Assembly (NCBI RefSeq): GCF_003704095.1
Contig: NW_020847687.1
Span: forward strand, 1 to 64,000
Reading direction: 5' to 3'
DNA from: Pocillopora damicornis
Taxonomy: Eukaryota
Length of the DNA stretch: 64,000 nt
Under the pieces are notes generated by a model. It saw only the letters and a list, made by a program, of their open reading frames with translations. It ran no database searches and was not told the DNA's origin. The translations under genes were made by a program, and so were the position numbers. The number at the start of each line of letters is the position of its first letter. Position 1 is the stretch's first letter. Of this stretch, positions 37,125 through 49,907 are shown piece after piece.

Positions 37125-37307
37125 CTCCGAGGAATTTTCCAATTCTAAGGTGGGAATACTGGCTTGAATATCGGCAAAAATATTTTCAAACACCGACTTG
37201 AGTTTACATGCACCAGCGCCTGCCTCAAAGTTTCCTGAATTCCTCACGGAAACTTCTTCCTCAAAGCTTTCGTCGCTACTGGAAGCAGACTCTTCTGGCT
37301 TCCACAT
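37125..37307 (-). CDS. Probable first exon of the DNAAF8-like gene (on the inverted contig)
   Basis: MWKPEESASSSDESFEEE...VFENIFADIQASIPTLELENSSE followed by a GT donor. It resembles the C16orf71/DNAAF8 N-terminal motif (ILKAVKDQLPSLDSDS, from memory). Confidence 0.65.
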
Positions 37308-37447
37308 GTTTTATCAAAGGCAGCACCCTAGCAGTCGGTCTATTTCCTAGAAAAAGCACAATGACACAAGAAAGGTTTCACAGCTTGGAAGAAGTCTGAC
37401 GCCATTTTAGGCTCAAACTGTCGCCAGGCCTTCACTCGTCATTCAAG
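37308..37447. promoter_or_regulatory. Compact bidirectional promoter between TRAPPC4 and the DNAAF8-like gene
   Basis: Divergent ATGs 140 bp apart. YY1-like motifs on both strands: gacgccatttt and aagatggcg. Confidence 0.65.
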
Positions 37448-37865
37448 ATGGCGATCTTTAGTGTATACATTCTAAATCGAGCAGGAGGACTTATTTATCA
37501 TTACGATCATTTTACACCCAAAAGCGAGGTGGAAAAGACATTTAGCTACCCTTTAGATATAATGCTTCGCGAAGATGATAAGTTGGTCGTAATATTTGGT
37601 GAAAGAGATGGCATAAAAGGTAATGATTTTTTCCTTCACCTTGTCTCGCTTTTTTTAAACCACTGCTAATGAAATACTCTTTTCTGTTAGTTGGCCATGC
37701 TTTGCTGGCAATAAACGGTGAACCTGTAACAGGGAAACGCTTGCCCGACGGAAGAGAGGCAATGGAAGTCATAAAAAACCAAGATAACTACCCAATATCC
37801 TTGAAGTTTGGTCGTCCAAAATTGACAACAAATGAACGGATCATGTTAGCAAGCATGTTTCATCC
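37448..37865 (+). CDS. TRAPPC4: TRAPPC4, first two exons (37448-37619 and 37691-37865)
   Basis: [20 protein letters not shown]...[11 protein letters not shown]...FGERDGIK|[10 protein letters not shown]...[26 protein letters not shown]. Confidence 0.95.
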
Positions 37866-38052
37866 GTAAGTTATTCAAGTCCTAAAAACACATGTGAAAA
37901 ACTAACTAATTTCATGAGAACGAATCTTAGATCACGTTCCCGCTGTTTTGAGNNNNNNNNNNNNNNNNNNNNNNNNNNNNNNNNNNNNNNNNNNNNNNNN
38001 NNNNNNNNNNNNNNNNNNNNNNNNNNNNNNNNNNNNNNNNNNNNNNNNNNNN

Positions 38053-41000
38053 GTGCTTTAAGTTCATCTAGTAGCTCAGATGAAGATGACGACCATCAAT
38101 CATGGCAGAATCAGAGACGAAAAGCTAAAGAGGCTTCCCTGTCGTGTTCAAGACAGAACAATGGTAATTTTGTTCAGAAGAAACCTCCAGAGAGGCTGAA
38201 AATTGCTTTGGACGAAATTAAACCTGGGCAGAGCAACAGGGATGACATGTCAAACGAAAAAGTCACAGACGAACCAATTTCACAGCAAGTGAATTGTAGT
38301 GAGCAACGAAGTGGACAGACAGCGATAAAGCGTGGTACATTGATCACCATGCAAGATGAAAAGCTAGATTTGATTAACAAAGCTGAAATGTCCACAGGTC
38401 AAAGAACATACACAGTCAAGCATGCTTTAGGAGCTGCGTCTCAAGTAGATACAGACAGACTTGTAAATGATGGCGTCTTTATAGGAGACGACACAACACC
38501 AGAAAAAGACTATAATTTATCATCACCTGAGGAGAGAGACAGTGCTATTTTGAGTGAGATGTCTTCTCCAATCAAGAGAGATCTTTTGCAGAGTATCCAA
38601 AACGAGGTAAAAAAGGATTTAAGCTCTGCCGTGGGTACCGAGATAAAGAAAAACAACGTGAAACACAAGCAAGTGTTGACTGACGAAGAGAGAGCTAGAA
38701 GACAAAGACTTCATAAGAGTTTACAAAATTTGAAACCACAGCTGTCTTCTCACAAGCATCACCCTGTCGCTCCTTGTACACCAGTGCTCTTTCATGAGGT
38801 AACTTGTCATCTTGAAGGAGTCACATAACCGTGTTTTCAGTCATGCTTTAGAAAATTCTGTATTTTTCATTATTTTAAGATGTGCACTCTTTCCTTTCAG
38901 GAAGCCTCTTACGAAAACCATTTTCAGAGTCTACCAAACGTTGGTGCAGATGCATCATATCTCCTGCTGACTGCCAAGCTTTCAAGCTGTGGTGAGCTGA
39001 GTGTTATTCGCCAGGGAGTGAGAGGAGCCGTCAGCTCGGATACACACTGCTTCTCACACCTAATAGCTTGGCTTGCGTGTTTGGTTAGTCCCGTTATGAA
39101 CACTACAGACTATGCCGAGATCTGTGGAGCACCATTCTATGTTGTTAGCTTGCAGCAAAGTTGGCACGAGGGACAGCTGAAGGTTGATGTCGGTATTATA
39201 AGTCGAACTGAGAATGGAGATCTTTTAAGTGCACAGCACGCAAACGGGAAACTTGAAATGAAAGCGAACAATTCTTTTAGGCACGTAGTAAGTAAGTTCC
39301 TTTCCACAAATACGCTTCAAAGTGTATACAATCGCCTGTTGGAGCACACGCCCTGTTTGCCTCCACATCTGAAAGAGACGCAAATGAGCAAGAAGAATTT
39401 ATCAACATCGTTGACTGTAAATCCTGATCCTGAGGCCATGTGGCGTGTGTTTGGAGCCAAACCTGGCTTCTTTTGGCAGACAATGGAGATGGACGATGCA
39501 CCTGTGGACGACAAAACTGGTGAGAGGTTGTTTCAAGGACCAGAAATACACAATGCATTTATGCTTATGCACTCTGCTGTGTTCCGCCAGCCCTTTTGCT
39601 TGCTCGATGTGTTGATTCGCGCTCGCTGCAATGCTCTGGACATTGCTGGTATCAGATTGGTGTACCCACAGAACGAAGTGCTTGAGGAGAAACCAGGTAG
39701 GTGATAGTGTTTTACTGCAGCATATTAGCGTTTTGTCCCAACTTTCCACAATTTTGAACGTCTTACCGTAATCAAAAGTCACATATTCCTTACCCCATCA
39801 CCATGCACACAAACCAGTTATATAGTTCGCAACCCTCTCATAACATAAACCTTTGTGTGTTTTTTATTATTATCATTTTTTGATAAGCTTGTTTCGGTGT
39901 GGTTTAAAGGTTTGGATCTTTTCCATAGGCTTTATTCGAAGTAGGTAGTGACACTATAAATTGGCGCTATTGTTACCCTAGTTCACTGGTGTAACAAAAT
40001 CCGTTTTGCTGCCAACAACGATTGATTTCCTATTTAGCAAGACATTCTCTTTTATTCTTATGCGTCTTTTTTTGTTTTGTTTTGGTTTTTTTGTTTGTTT
40101 GTTTTTACTTTGGATTCTTTGTCGCAGCGCATGGATTTCACCTCCCAAACGACTTATTACAGGATGGAGTTTATACCAGTTCCCAAATGCTCGTTCTGGT
40201 TCTCGCGTTACGTGGGCCCCATGCTATCTCAAAGTGGCAAGACGAGGTGGGGCCTGTAGATGCCAAATTAGCTCAACGAACAGACCCTAACTCATTACGA
40301 GCCGTGTATAGTGGGGGGGCTAAGGAAGACCATCTATTTTGGTGCCCACGAAGTACACAAGGTGTTGTTTCAGAACTATCCCGTTGGTTTGGTGGCCGTG
40401 TCCCGGATAGTGGTGTGATCAACATTGGCTGTAGAGAACCTTTTGTCACATATGACGAGAAACCTAAAGATTCCTCCTCCGGAAGAGCTCGAAATCACAA
40501 TAGCCAGTTGTTGACGAGCTCACTTCACGGAACCTTCAGACCGCCGCCTTATTTCCTTACAGCCTCCACCGACACCAGCATATTCCTATTCGTGTCACCA
40601 GCACTGCCTGTAAAATACCTCGGGAACGTCTTAAGCGCTTGCTTTGAGACTGGTTTTTGTACTCAAGGCATTAAACGCATTCATTTGAATGCAATGCGTC
40701 TCAGCGGGCTTGGACTCTCTCCGGAACAGCTCTCCTTGTTCTGTCGTGAGCGTGATAATCAGTCCTTAACACCAGTAGCTTCCACAGTGCTGTTACTCAG
40801 AAGGGAAAATGCATTACACCACTCACTGTCTGTGATTGAATCAATCGTTGTCTCTGTATCGCATTCCGACGTGTCTCAATCGTGTTTTTTAGCCGTTCCT
40901 TACAGTGATTCTTTGCTTAAGCAGCTCGGCGGACCTTTTTCTGTCACCCCTGATCCTGCAGCTTATCCCGTGGATCTGCTGAGGCACGCTTTTCATTCCA

Positions 41001-44000
41001 ATCCCGAACTAGAGCAGGTTTGTGTCGTGACTCTATGGAAAGAGAAAGCTACTGTCTCAGCAGGGAAGATTCTGAGCGAGCTTCTTCTCATTAAAGAACC
41101 ACAGGAAGGGTCAAATCCTAGCTGCGGTTTTGAACTCTTAGGGCTTAAGCTTCTCACTTCGTTGTCCATGCAGCACGCTAAGGAGTTTACGCCGTGTAAA
41201 ATCGGAGACAAAATGTGGAAGAAAAGTCTCAAGATTCTGACATCCAGTCCTGCTTTAGTTCTAGCCCTCAGAGGTGTTAACGCATTTGTGCGGCTAAGGC
41301 GCTTTCTGGATTCTTATTCAGATTTGTCAAAGCAAAAACTTGCCAACGACAGCGTCCCCCTGGACGTACTCATATCATGCACACCCGAACTTGCCTGTAG
41401 ACAGCTATCAGTGATCTTCTTTGACAGGGAGCTCTTTTCTGATCAGTCCGCGCGGCGAAATCTTCACCTTCTTCCCCCTCCTCGTCGGGTAATCAACGGT
41501 CTCTGCAGCGGAAGTAGTGAGTCGTTAAACGAGGCGGACACGCGGGATTCTTCTGCCGAAAGGAAGGCAAGGAGTAGACGAGTGGGTCTCGGTAAGTCTC
41601 CTGGGAAAACGTCTCTTAGCAGTGTGGAGACTTTGTGCTACGCCGACACGTCTGTCGTTCAGAGTTTGCTAGAAAAGCCCCGCGTCATACCTACAGTATG
41701 TGTGTTGAAGCCTCGAACTGCAAGTAAACACCTTGGTAAGGTGTTAAAGAGATTGGGTCAAGAAGGATTCTCTGTGATTGCCTTGAAAATGATATCTCTT
41801 TCGTCTAAAGACGTTTCCACACTAATGACTGAGAAGGTAAGGTCAACAAGAATGAGCTCGGTAAAGAAATAGAGAAAGATTTTCGTCTTGTCACGAACGT
41901 GGGACAAAGAAAAAAATTCTTGGTCTCCATGAGGAATCGAACCTCAGATCTTCGGACTCCGCGCTCCGAAGCTCTACCACTAAGCCACAGAGACTCTACG
42001 GTGAGCGAGGTCTATTACGAAGTTCATATGACACGCGTCCTGCATACTGCTAGGATCAGAAATGTCGGTAGTGTCATGTGTAAATAGAATAAGAGAGATG
42101 GCAATTTTTTAGCTCGGTAAAGAAATAGAGAAAGATGTTTCTCGTCTTGTCACGAGCGTGGAACAAAGAAAAAATTTCTAGTCCCCATGAGGTTCGATTC
42201 CTCGTGGGGTTCGTTTGCAGCACCAAACGGACCATAGTCCCCTTTACTTAAATGTGCTCTAGACTTGTCATAATCTGTTTTGTTTTCTCCTACGCTCGAA
42301 CGAACGTGAGGGGAAAGAAAGCGAATGATTGACGGCGCCGAGCTAGGATTACAAAAAAAATTGGCGCGACACACCTGTCTCGTCAATTTTTCTCGTCTCA
42401 ATCTCTTCTCGCCTACAGCACTCGCTCCATATCCAGGAAAAGACCGACTGTTTGTTATCTTACTGCTTTCTTCCTGTTTATACTGAGTGCAAACTTATCG
42501 TATCACTTTTAAAATCTATCGCATGATTTCAGGAAGAACTAGAACGTCACATAAGTCACATGACTTCCGGTCCTTCGGTGGTGCTATGTCTTCACCGTGA
42601 GAACGCTGTCGGGCGCCTTCTTGACGTACTCGGTCCCAGTGATGCTCGTGCTGCAAAGAAACAGTCTCAGTTCTATTTGAGGGGTTCGTTTGGTGAGGAT
42701 TCGATTAAAAATGGCTTTTACGGTAAGGTCTTAAAAAACTGGGCAAGTCTTTGGTATACTGTGTTCATCAATTAATTTACTTTCCTCGAGAGATCATCAA
42801 CTCATGGTCTCTTGTTGTACTTTGTGCTGTGTTGTAATTAGTTGTGCTGTCTTTCCGCCTCTTTGTGGAAAAAACGTGGTTTGTTTTCTCTCCCTGCCAG
42901 TGAAAGGTTGATATTCACGGTTCAATTAGGCCAGACATAGCGAAATGTAATATCGGAAACATTCTTGCTTCGGAAGACCATCCTATACTCGAAGCAACTT
43001 CGGAGATATCTGCAAGATTTTAACCTTTCAAGTGAGTGTCTGTTGTTTGTGAGGTTGAAGTAAAGGAACTGGCCTCGCTAATTTATTAATCGTGTGCCGT
43101 AGGATCTGAAACGTACGAAAAGGCGATCAGAGATATCAAGATTCTGTTTCCTGAAGGTGTTTGTTGTTCCCCCTCCGTTGACCTCAAGGCTGAGGAGGTA
43201 TGTTCTTTTCTAAAGTAAACCATGGCCTTTAGGGATTACAAAACTCTGCTATACCCCCTGTTCGAGTAGAAACAGAAGTGATACACCTCGAGTGCATGAT
43301 GGGTAAATTCATCCCTTCGATCCGTATTGTTTCAAAAAAGTTAAAATTTTACGAAGGGTACTTTTCATGATATTGTAGTTTTTGATACCTGAGGTTTTCC
43401 TTAACTTAACGTGAACAGGGCTGATTGAAACAATTCCTAGGACTCTTAATCTTTCTCCAAGTTTCTTTGTATCTAGCTAGAACAAATGCCTGACTCTCTT
43501 ACGCTTCCCTTCATGTGTTAAAAGGTGTAGTCTGTAAACGAGACTAACTCTTAATCTAAATCGAGTTCAACGTGCAAACCGTGAGACCACGACGTTGCAC
43601 GCGCCAATTTTACTACCCTTGGACTTCTTCTTTTAGATTCCATGTCTAGCTCTAGATGAAGTTTTCAGCGTGACGGCCAATAGATCGCTCGTGGAACTCT
43701 CCACAGAAGAGCAGAGTAAGGTGGAAACCAGCCCGGGCATGACCCTCCTGCCGAGTTCTTTACTGGAGATCAACTGCTTGCTGTTATTGCCACAGCTGTT
43801 GGTTAGCCGTGCTCAGACAGGACGGCGGGGTAACATCAGTTACGCTGAGGTCATAGAGGCCTTGTTGACTGCAGGGTTTCACTTCATCGGGCTTCGTATG
43901 GTGCTCCTAGGAGTGGTTGAAGCAGCGGATTGTGCTAAGTTGTACAGTGGTTGCCTTCCCGAGGATTGGAAACCTCATCATTTAGTAGGAATTTTCGTCA

Positions 44001-46009
44001 TTCTTGATAATTCTTATCTTTTTTATGTCAACTTTTTTTAATTTTGTCCGTGCCCTCGGTTTGGATCATGTGCATGGTTTATGTTTGCGCATCATATTAT
44101 CTTTTTATCCCAGGGCATTTTAACCTTAACCCTAACTTGCCATCCTGCTTTTCGCCTTTTGAAATTTGAATTTGCTGTAAATCCCTTGTTTTTCAATATT
44201 TCTTTCAGTTAGGACTTCAAACTCTATGACTATCTTAGCGATTGATTGGACTGAATTATTGGCTCTGATGTACAGCAGTATAACACTGTAAATGTTTTTC
44301 AAGAATTGGGGTTCCATGAATTTTCATCCATCTCCTCAAATCCTTATTTGGATATTGATGTTTGGGCGGATAGAAATTTAATATTAAGGATGGTTAAAAT
44401 AAGTAGAATTCCGAAATCTAAAGAGTATATCAAACGTAGACTTGAAGACTGATAGTTTGTTGTACAGTCTACAATGTTGAAGTGACAGGAAGTTTTTGCA
44501 TACCGAATTGAGTGTATAGGAAATGGCTTGCTGCCATGCCCCTAAAAATGTCGGTAATTGTTGTGCCCTCGCTTGCTCAAACGAAAAAATAGAGATGAGT
44601 GCTTTTAAGTTATGATACGTGTTCACTTTGTGTTTCAATGATTAGGCAATACTGAAGCTTACGTTTTACAGGCTGGTCAACTCTCCAAGTCACCCTGTCT
44701 TGTCATGGCTGTCTTGCGTGACGGTGCTGTCACCTGTTACGACTCTTTGTGTGACAGGTAGGCATGTCTTCTTGATGTCGATAAGTAAGAAAATAACACA
44801 AACAAGTCGATTTTCAGGACATTTTTTTTCATTAAAACTCTCAAATCCTCTTGTCTATTCCTCATACATAATCTTTGGGCAATTTGAGAGAATTCGAAAT
44901 TACTTTTTTGGTTTCTTTATTCCCAAAACTTTCAAACAAAAATTTGAATCGATTTTTTTACAGAATATTTTTCTCTTAAATCAATTTGATGGCTTGACCA
45001 GTGGAGGCGTCTTGCCCACCAGGTACCCAAGGGCAGACTATCATATTGTTTGGTGTCAACTGTTTTGTGCATTTCCCACTTCTCATTTAAGTGCACCCGT
45101 CAAGAAAATGGTGTTCGTGGTATTCATTAGCGAAGAAAACCTGTCAAAGGCAAAAAACAGGAAAAACTGGGAAGTCCTCTTGTGACGTCTTCTCCGGTGT
45201 CAAACTTCGCCTCGGCGAAGTTTTTCCTCGACAATGTTCCTACATGTCAATTTGTCGGGATGTATTTGTAGTTTGTAAAGTCAGGTCAGGTGTAAATAAA
45301 TTGACTCTGAGATCGCTTGTAGAGAGACATTAACGGCAAAATTTGTCACATTTCATTTTCCAAGCTAACTTAGTAATTCTTAAAATACTTCACCTTGATA
45401 TTATTTTGTTTAAGTGTCACTATAGTGTTCGGATCTACTTTACGTATACAAAGACAAATAGGAAGATCATAACATCATGATCTTATGATCTTTTTCCGCG
45501 TTTTTCGTTCTTCAGTTTAGTGGAACTAACATGCAGGTATCACGACAATCTTACTTTTTCAACTCTAACATTCTTCTGTTGTCACTCCTAGCTCTCCGAA
45601 ACTGAAATCGTTGTACGCAAATTCCGGAAAGTTCATGTTGGCAGGGAAGACGTTGAAAGAGGTTTGTTTTTAGAGAATTTCAAGAATGTACCACAATTTA
45701 CCAACTCCCTCATAATCACTTTACCATTTTGTGTACAGAGATGGATTTATGCCACGAAGTAGCTTTGGGTTTGACTGAACTCTTTTAGATACATTACGCC
45801 ATTTCATGTATTTCTGGGAGAGTTATTACTTCTGTCATTCACGTTTGCGATCGAAACCTAGATGTTTCGTCTTCCTCTCTGACGTATGTTAAGGCCGGGT
45901 GATTTTAAACTCTATCTCTAGATTGCATGGAAAAATTATCCCAAAGATACGACATGAAACGCAGGAAAGATCAGGATCGTGATCGTTAAAAATGTAAAGT
46001 TCTTGCAAG

Positions 46010-46050
<41 letters not shown>

Positions 46051-46202
46051 GTGAAAGAATCAAAGAGGACGCGTCGATTCTCTGTTCAGAACAGAGAATC
46101 GGTGCGTCCTCTTTGATTCTTTCACTTATATATACTCAGCTTTGCTACTACAGCATTGAGCACTTTATGCCAAGGTAGACTCTACCCCCACATTTATACG
46201 TG

Positions 46203-46233
<31 letters not shown>

Positions 46234-46770
46234 GTATGTATATATGTATAAAATGAAAACTAAATGTGTATTGTGTATGGCGTGACAAATGAAAGTGTAT
46301 CTGTCCATCTGTTTAATTCCTCTAACCACTAGGGGGCTTCGTTGCAATATTTCGTTTTAATTTCAGTTACGACGTGCGAAAATACCTTCAACTTGAGAGA
46401 GACTTTGGTAGTATTAAAAAAAAAAACAGTTAGACGCTGACATAAACAAAGAAGGAAAAAGAACGGCTTGGAAAGGAAAAGATTAGAGACGATTTCAAAT
46501 GACGAACTGAACAATTTAAATCAAATCTTATGTTTCACAAACGTTTTTCTTTCATCGAAGACTAGAACCACTGGGCGCTTATTTTAGAAGGGAAATCAGT
46601 CTTAGCTATCGTAGACCTCTCGGGTTATGTTTCTCGTAGGATGATTAACTCTAAGACATAATCTATGGTTCTTTGTATTTTTATGTTTACAGGCTAAGCG
46701 CCTGGTGGAATGTTTCTTTGATCATCTGATTCCCAACAGAAAAGCCCGGATAGAGCTGGACGCTTCCTAA
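38053..46770 (+). CDS. DNAAF8/Daap1(C16orf71)-like protein: disordered N-terminus plus several NDK-like domains (partial; exons are lost in the gap)
   Basis: Exons: <38053-38798, 38901-39696, 40128-41836, 42533-42722, 43103-43197, 43637-43984, 44672-44757, 45516-45536, 45591-45661, 46693-46770 (stop). NDK-like motifs: VLALRGPHAISKWQDEVGPVDAKLAQRTDPNSLRAVY; TVCVLKP...LGKVLKRLGQEGFSVIALKM; MTSGPSVVLCLHRENAV...LGPSD...LRGSFGEDSIKNGFYGSETYEKAIRDIKILF. Confidence 0.75.
41853..42210 (-). mobile_element. tRNA-derived SINE-like repeat, one ~258-bp unit plus a partial second unit
   Basis: The minus strand of ~41920-41990 has an A box (TGGCTTAGTGG) and a B box (GGTTCGATTCC). The direct repeat agctcggtaaagaaatagagaaagat recurs near 41855 and 42111. 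Confidence 0.75.
46041..46134. repeat. Near-perfect palindrome (~46-bp arms) next to (TA)n microsatellites
   Basis: tatataagtgaaagaatcaaagaggacgcgtcgattctctgttc-a-gaacagagaatcggtgcgtcctctttgattctttcacttatata. Confidence 0.92.
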
Positions 46771-49700
46771 TCTCCTGCCCTTTACAGACTGGGTCAAGGG
46801 AAATTGTACAGATTACTACGAACGGATGACTTCGGTGGGAAAATTGATGCTAACTCGGACATTTTTTTCGGTATATTAGAGAATAATAGATGAAGACGTA
46901 GCCTAAAAATATTTTCCGGATATCTACACTTTTACCTTGTGTTTCTTTTGAAATTAAGCCCATTTGGAAACAGTGGAAGTCGGGTGTTGATCAAATTAGA
47001 ATTACTGTTCCTTTATATAAGAGGTTTGTAAAAGACTTCCGGTTAATTGTGGAGCGGATTCGTTGCATGAAGTCCTTGATGTTAACTCTGAAACTGAACT
47101 TCTTTTGCCTTATGTTTTTTCTCTAAATGTAATTTTTTTATGGCTACGTGTAAGGCGTTAGTTTCCTCGCCAAAGTAAACAACCGCTCGCCCACCGAATT
47201 TTTCCGTACAGAGAAACAGGCAAAACATGTTGATGTTTCATTCACATAACGTGAATGCGTGTTCTCTTTGCTGTATGTCTCAGCTCTCTCTGTATCCAAA
47301 CATCTTCTTCAGCCTATTTTTTGCCTTTAGTGTGTACAATTCCTATGTGACGAGGCGGATTTTGGCTATGTTTGACGTGAGTCTGGTGTCTCCAACTTTA
47401 GATCATTCAAATGCCTATACGCTCTTGACTTGTACTTGAGCAAAGTTTGAAAAGTGTCTCCTGTTCTTTTGTGAGCAGATAATTTACTTTTTACCACAGT
47501 GACGAAGATGCATTCTTGCGGTTTTCTTCTATCTTCTACGGGTCAGTTGGTTTCCAGGCGTCTGTTGAAGAATTAAGGAACTGCAGTGTGCCCACGACCC
47601 TCAATTAAATTATTTAAAATCACGCTTGTTCTCAAAGAGGAAATTTATTTATCATTGTGCGTGTGAAACCGTTTCAAAAGTTTACTTGGATTAGACTTAA
47701 CTTTTGATAAGTTAAATTATTAAATTCATGCTTTTGCTACTTGAAGCGGACAGCGTTAAATTGATTACCCTTTTTATACTTGACCATTTGTACATTTGAC
47801 GTAATTGTAAAAACACTGAATTAAATACCTAAAACGGGTAAGTTTATGACGTCTTTCTTTCGTAGTCTGAACTATTCTCAGGAAAAATTATTGTTACAAG
47901 CGCAAGTGATAGTGAATTATTTTTCTGTACTTACGTGTTTGTCCAGAATAAAAATATTGCTTGGTGCCATTTAAATATAAAAGACATTCCTTTTTATGTT
48001 CTATTCTGGGATATTTTTTAGAAGTATTTTGAACATCAGTGGAACGTTTTGAAATCCGTAGCTTAATCGTTTGTCTCGCAATGTATAACCGTGACGACAA
48101 GCGATCAATATATCAGTTAGCCTCGCTTTACATTAAAGACAAACTATTATATTTTTTATTTATCTACTTAACCACGATGAAAAACAACTGACCATTTTTT
48201 TTTATAACAATCTATAATCTACATTGAAGGCTCTTAAAAACTGCTGCGGTGATTTTTCTAGAACGTGATTAGTGTTGTGACCTTTCAGCGACATGGGAAC
48301 ACGGGGCAATGAAGCAGGGAAATTTTTATAGTCGCTAAGATTACTTTCATTTTTTATCCGACTTTAGATTCGTTGCCAAGAATTTAGACCTGCTTTTGCG
48401 AGATAAATAAGTGGTGTTAGCAATATCATGTTGAGGCTTATTTGTCCATAGATAATTCCTCGCCGCATTTCCAAAAATAGGCATAAACTTTATCTCGAAT
48501 ATATATGAGAACGATAGCGGTAAAACGCACTAGGAAGTCTCAAGATAAACAACATAGGCAAGCCGAAAAGTTTTTCAAGCCTCCATGACCGAAAGGTGAC
48601 CATGAAACGGGGTAACCAGTTAGAGAGAGTGCTTCTTGGCGTTTAGGATAACCACAGGTACTTAAATAACAATTTACGCTGTCAATATCCTCAAACAGCT
48701 TTTTAAAGCAGTTTTACCGATTCGCGGTATCGATCATTTGGGAGTGAAGTGTCGTTTTGCGTGGGCTGCGCGATCGGTCGCGCGAGGAGTGTCCGAAGCG
48801 ATCAGCTTACCGGCAAACACGCCCGCCCATAATGGTGTTGACTGCATTACCCATATTCGAGAATGTACGTGTGAAAATAATTGCATCCGACACTCCCTCG
48901 ATAACCTTGAGAATTTAGATTGTACGGCAATCTCTGTTTCCTTTCGTTGGTGCCTTAAGCACACTTAAAGTATTAGAGTTGACTAGGAAGCCGTGAGAGA
49001 GAGTTGATCATTCTGCAAACTGGTAAAACAACGCTGTATTCAGGATTGTAAAGAATTTTAAAACGATCCATTTATCCGATCAGACATTTGAAATCCGAAT
49101 TCAGTACAGGTAAGTTGGGCCGATATGTTTATGAATTAGAGGGTAAGTGATGGGGTATATCTTCGCTTTCGAAGTAAGACTGATTTGTTTCATGACGATC
49201 ACATTATTCAGATCGCCCGCCCGGGGGACTTTTTACCGCCCTGAAGATGGAGGTCCAGGCCGGTGTCGCAGGCTTGGACGACCTCAGTTGTTGATAGAAA
49301 GACACGCCGACAGGAAATTTATTCTTCTAATTTTTCTAAAAAATTCTTTCTGAAGAGAGTGAAACTTACAGGTCAGGAACTTCAAGTGTTTATATCGCTT
49401 GATTGATATTACACATAGGTGATAACATTTTGCAGGATTTTTAACCGAGAGGTGATTATTTTTTCGTTTGATAGGTAATCAGGAAACAGAATCCAGTATC
49501 CTGGAACTGTTTCACTTTTGAAAGGAAGCACGCAGCTGTACAGACGGCTACGTCATCACGCAAAGAAAGAAGGCGTATATTTAGAAGTTTGCTGTATCCG
49601 GCTGGAATCAGACACGGTCACAGAGGATCAGCTTTCATAGATTATTCCATCAATTTGCGTAGGAATTGATTATTGAAATCAGCGACAGTGGATAGGGGTG

Positions 49701-49907
49701 GAAGCTTGACCGTATGACTAATTTTATGTTTACGACCTAGTGAAGAGCATCTGGAAGAGCAGTAGTAAGATAAATATTTGAAATAAACGTTAGATTAGGA
49801 AAATTATCACACTTACAAAACTATCACCCGTCATGATTGGCTGTATGATGGCGTCACGTGACCAAAGACATCGTCGAACACGGAAATTGTCGAGCAACTG
49901 GCTCAAA

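Larger units (their letters stand above)
36888..37952. other. Small contig between two 100-N gaps, apparently inverted in the scaffold
   Basis: It carries the 5' exons of two genes, each on the strand opposite to its own downstream exons. Confidence 0.85.

Noticed and set aside
41920-41990. Functional tRNA gene
   Set aside because: It lacks a canonical anticodon arm and acceptor stem and is embedded in a repeat unit, so it is called SINE-like.
47200-47600. Coding-like purine-rich stretch on the minus strand
   Set aside because: Multiple stops and no recognisable product.
49240-49305. Hammerhead ribozyme (CTGAAGA...GAAA)
   Set aside because: Unpaired spacers separate the core from the stem, and I could not form stems I and III.
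49833-49907. Upstream in-frame ATGs extending CBL
   Set aside because: The ATG at 49908 has the better context (AAAATGGCT) and the extension shows no recognisable homology. It is not formally excluded.
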